Shown piece after piece: positions 3,954 through 5,781 of a stretch of DNA of 5,781 nucleotides. Position numbers and translations under genes: made by a program. The stretch comes from a virus. The stretch is from positions 1 through 5,781 of the IMG/VR virus record IMGVR_UViG_3300045988_010059; one strand, written 5' to 3'. The stretch's first letter is position 1. The number at the start of each line of letters is the position of its first letter. The notes beneath the pieces were generated by a model. The model saw nothing but the letters and a program-made list of their open reading frames with translations. It was not told the origin of the DNA and did no database searches.

Positions 3954-4356
3954 ACGATATGAGGAGGGGCGCAAGCCCCTCTTTTCTGAACCGGGAAAAA
4001 ACGAAAGAAAACAGTACGTCTGGGCAAAGGATAAAGACGGCAAGGAATACTTGCAGGAAACCGAAAGCATCGATGTACAGGCAGAAATTGAAAGCTATGC
4101 AGACGAATGTGACATAAAAAACATTGTCAGGAAAGCAAGTTTCGACCCGGAATTCCTGAAAAGCCTGTCACAGGGTGCACTGTCCGAGGAAGAAACGCCT
4201 ATCATGGATATCACCGGATGGCCACAGAACGTACACGAATATCACCAGATGATGGCAACGGCACAGGTAAACGCCATGAAACTAGAAGAGCTGAAGAAAG
4301 CTCAGGAAAACGCACCGGAAAAGGTGCAGAAGGAGGAAGCAAATGAACAGAAATAA
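3946..4356 (+). CDS. VP3: Internal scaffolding protein VP3, 136 aa
   Basis: GGGAGGG at 3931..3937 lies 8 nt before ATG 3946. The acidic protein contains QAEIESYADECDIKNIVRKA, compare the conserved ..ECDIN.I... block of gokushovirus VP3. It lies immediately upstream of VP1 and overlaps it by 14 nt. The track's 3826 start would add 40 codons fully overlapping the previous gene with no SD. Confidence 0.75.
   Translation: MNKRYEEGRKPLFSEPGKNERKQYVWAKDKDGKEYLQETESIDVQAEIESYADECDIKNIVRKASFDPEFLKSLSQGALSEEETPIMDITGWPQNVHEYHQMMATAQVNAMKLEELKKAQENAPEKVQKEEANEQK
3961..3985 (+). terminator. GC-rich hairpin with GCAA tetraloop followed by TTTT, located inside the first 14 codons of VP3
   Basis: gaggggc (3964..3970) pairs perfectly with gcccctc (3975..3981). 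The loop is GCAA (3971..3974), followed by TTTT (3982..3985). It starts 8 nt after the stop of the VP5-like gene. Confidence 0.45.
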
Positions 4357-5781
4357 CGAACGGCATTTCCTTCAGATTCCGGAAATGCACGCAAGCCGAA
4401 CGCGATTCAATCGAGACCAGACGATTTTAACAACGTTTGATTCTGGAAAGCTCATCCCATTCTTTGTGGACGAAGTATTACCGGGCGATACCTTCCAGGT
4501 GGACACAACGGCAATTATCCGAATGAGCACACCGAAATATCCGGTAATGGACGATGCATTCATTGACTTTTACTATTTCTACACACCGAACCGAATTCTT
4601 TGGGACAGCTTCAAACACTTCATGGGTGAGGTGGAAGAAACGCCATGGATGCCTACAAAGACATACGCTGTGCCGCAAATCAAAATCAACGGCACGGACG
4701 CAAAGCCTGCACCGGACGAAAGGTCCATTCTGGATTATATGGGTGTACCGACGAAAATCAAAAAGCCTTTTACCATCAACGCATTGCCCATCCGGGCATA
4801 CGTCAAAATCTGGAATGAATTTTTTAGGGACGAAAACGTGGACAACGCGGCAGTTCTGAAAAGCGATGACGCAGACGTGACGTACAACTTCACGGAAGAA
4901 AAATCCGAAACACTGGAAAAAGACCTGCAAAACGCAGTCCTTGGCGGCAACCTGTTGCCGGTAAACAAGTACCATGACTACTTTACCAGCTGTTTACCTT
5001 ATCCACAGCGTGGGCCAGAAGTTGCGCTGCCGATGCAAGGTAATGCACCACTGGAAGCATACACGACAGACAAACTTACAGAAAAAGTCAAGTTGGAAGG
5101 TCAAAAAACACTTCTATGGCAAACAAACAGTGACAATGAAGGAAGCCTTCCAGAAACATTTGCAGGAGGATACAACAAAATTGGAACATCGTTTGGGGCA
5201 AAAATAAGCGGCGAAACCATCACAAAAAGATACTATCTGGGAACAGATCTGAGCGCCGTAACAGCCACAACTATCAACGACTTACGACAGGCCGTAGCAG
5301 TACAGCAGTATTACGAAGCACTATCAAGAGGTGGCAGCCGGTACCGCGAGCAGGTACAAGCACTGTGGGATGTGACCATCAGTGACAAAACCGTACAGAT
5401 TCCGGAATATCTGGGCGGTGGCAGATACCAAGTCAACGTCAATCAAATTATTCAGACCAGCGGCCAACAGAACGAAAACGACACACCCCTAGGCGAAACC
5501 GGTGCAGTATCCGTAACACCTATCAGAGAAAGCTCGTTCACCAAGAGCTTTGAAGAGCACGGCTTTGTCATCGGCGTTGCGTGCGTGCGACACAATCGGA
5601 GCTATCAGCAGGGCCTTGAACGCTTCTGGAGCAGAAAAGACCGTTTGGACTACTATGTACCACAGTTTGCCAACCTTGGCGAACAGCCGGTAAAAAAGAA
5701 AGAAATCATGCTCACCGGAAACGCAACGGATGAAGAAACATTTGGCTATCAGGAAGCCTGGGCAGACTACCGGATGAAACC
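4343..5781 (+). CDS. VP1: Major capsid protein VP1 (phiX174 F homologue), first ~479 codons; the ORF is open to the window end and continues at position 56 (full ORF 1,680 nt, 559 aa)
   Basis: GGAGG at 4332..4336 lies 6 nt before ATG 4343. Hand translation shows no stop through 5781. Recognisable blocks are MNRNNERHFLQIPEMHASRTRFNRDQTILTTFDSGKLIPFFVDEVLPGDTFQVDT..., ...KYHDYFTSCLPYPQRG..., ...TINDLRQAVAVQQYYEALSRGGSRYREQVQALWDV... and ...FGYQEAWADYRMKP. These are hallmark microvirus capsid blocks. Confidence 0.95.
   Translation, partial: MNRNNERHFLQIPEMHASRTRFNRDQTILTTFDSGKLIPFFVDEVLPGDTFQVDTTAIIRMSTPKYPVMDDAFIDFYYFYTPNRILWDSFKHFMGEVEETPWMPTKTYAVPQIKINGTDAKPAPDERSILDYMGVPTKIKKPFTINALPIRAYVKIWNEFFRDENVDNAAVLKSDDADVTYNFTEEKSETLEKDLQNAVLGGNLLPVNKYHDYFTSCLPYPQRGPEVALPMQGNAPLEAYTTDKLTEKVKLEGQKTLLWQTNSDNEGSLPETFAGGYNKIGTSFGAKISGETITKRYYLGTDLSAVTATTINDLRQAVAVQQYYEALSRGGSRYREQVQALWDVTISDKTVQIPEYLGGGRYQVNVNQIIQTSGQQNENDTPLGETGAVSVTPIRESSFTKSFEEHGFVIGVACVRHNRSYQQGLERFWSRKDRLDYYVPQFANLGEQPVKKKEIMLTGNATDEETFGYQEAWADYRMK
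5727..5781. repeat. Terminal direct repeat, copy 2 (identical to 1..55)
   Basis: Exact 55-nt identity with the window start. Confidence 0.9.

Noticed and set aside
4478-4975. 165-aa and 77-aa minus-strand ORFs inside the capsid gene (also 4372..4563 minus)
   Set aside because: They are antisense shadow ORFs of VP1. They have no SD and no motif, and the Cys/Val/Phe/Arg-rich composition is implausible.
4554-5207. Nested + strand ORFs in an alternative frame of VP1 (4554..4859, 101 aa; 4974..5207, 77 aa), considered as phiX174-style overprinted genes such as a lysis gene
   Set aside because: Neither has a recognisable SD upstream of its ATG. Both translations are highly basic and Thr/Ser/Lys/Arg-rich, with no transmembrane segment like that of phiX174 E. 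They cannot be excluded without conservation analysis, but nothing supports them.
1-5781. Search for an integrase, att sites, tRNA or rRNA genes, or host flanks that would indicate a prophage
   Set aside because: None were seen. Every stretch is accounted for by microvirus genes or the single control region, and the ends overlap in a way that indicates a circular episome.

Overview
The window is a complete, circularly permuted genome of a gokushovirus-like ssDNA phage (family Microviridae). Positions 1-55 are identical to 5727-5781, so the unit length is 5,726 nt. The major capsid gene starts at 4343, runs off the 3' end and finishes at 296. All credible genes are on the + strand. In order they are VP1 capsid, VP2 DNA pilot protein and VP4 HUH rolling-circle Rep, then a 430-nt non-coding control region (2208-2637). 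Next comes an accessory cassette: a 63-aa ORF, an M15-family zinc cell-wall peptidase, and 38-aa and 75-aa ORFs. It is followed by an ORF8/J-like arginine-rich DNA-binding protein, a VP5-like small protein and the VP3 scaffold, which leads back into VP1. Three things deserve a second look. (1) The muralytic M15 peptidase has no signal peptide and no visible holin, and it sits among three orphan ORFs. (2) The intergenic region is unusually elaborate: a long hairpin, a 44-nt alternating purine-pyrimidine GC tract, an AT-rich block, an array of ATGTGGAAA/GTTGAAA iterons whose reverse complement fits the DnaA-box consensus, paired TTGTACAA palindromes, and a perfect extended sigma70-type promoter. 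(3) A second perfect TTGACA/TATAAT pair lies inside the peptidase gene, and GNRA-loop hairpins sit at the VP1/VP2 junction and just inside VP3. Family assignments come from motifs read by eye in the translations. No database search was possible.
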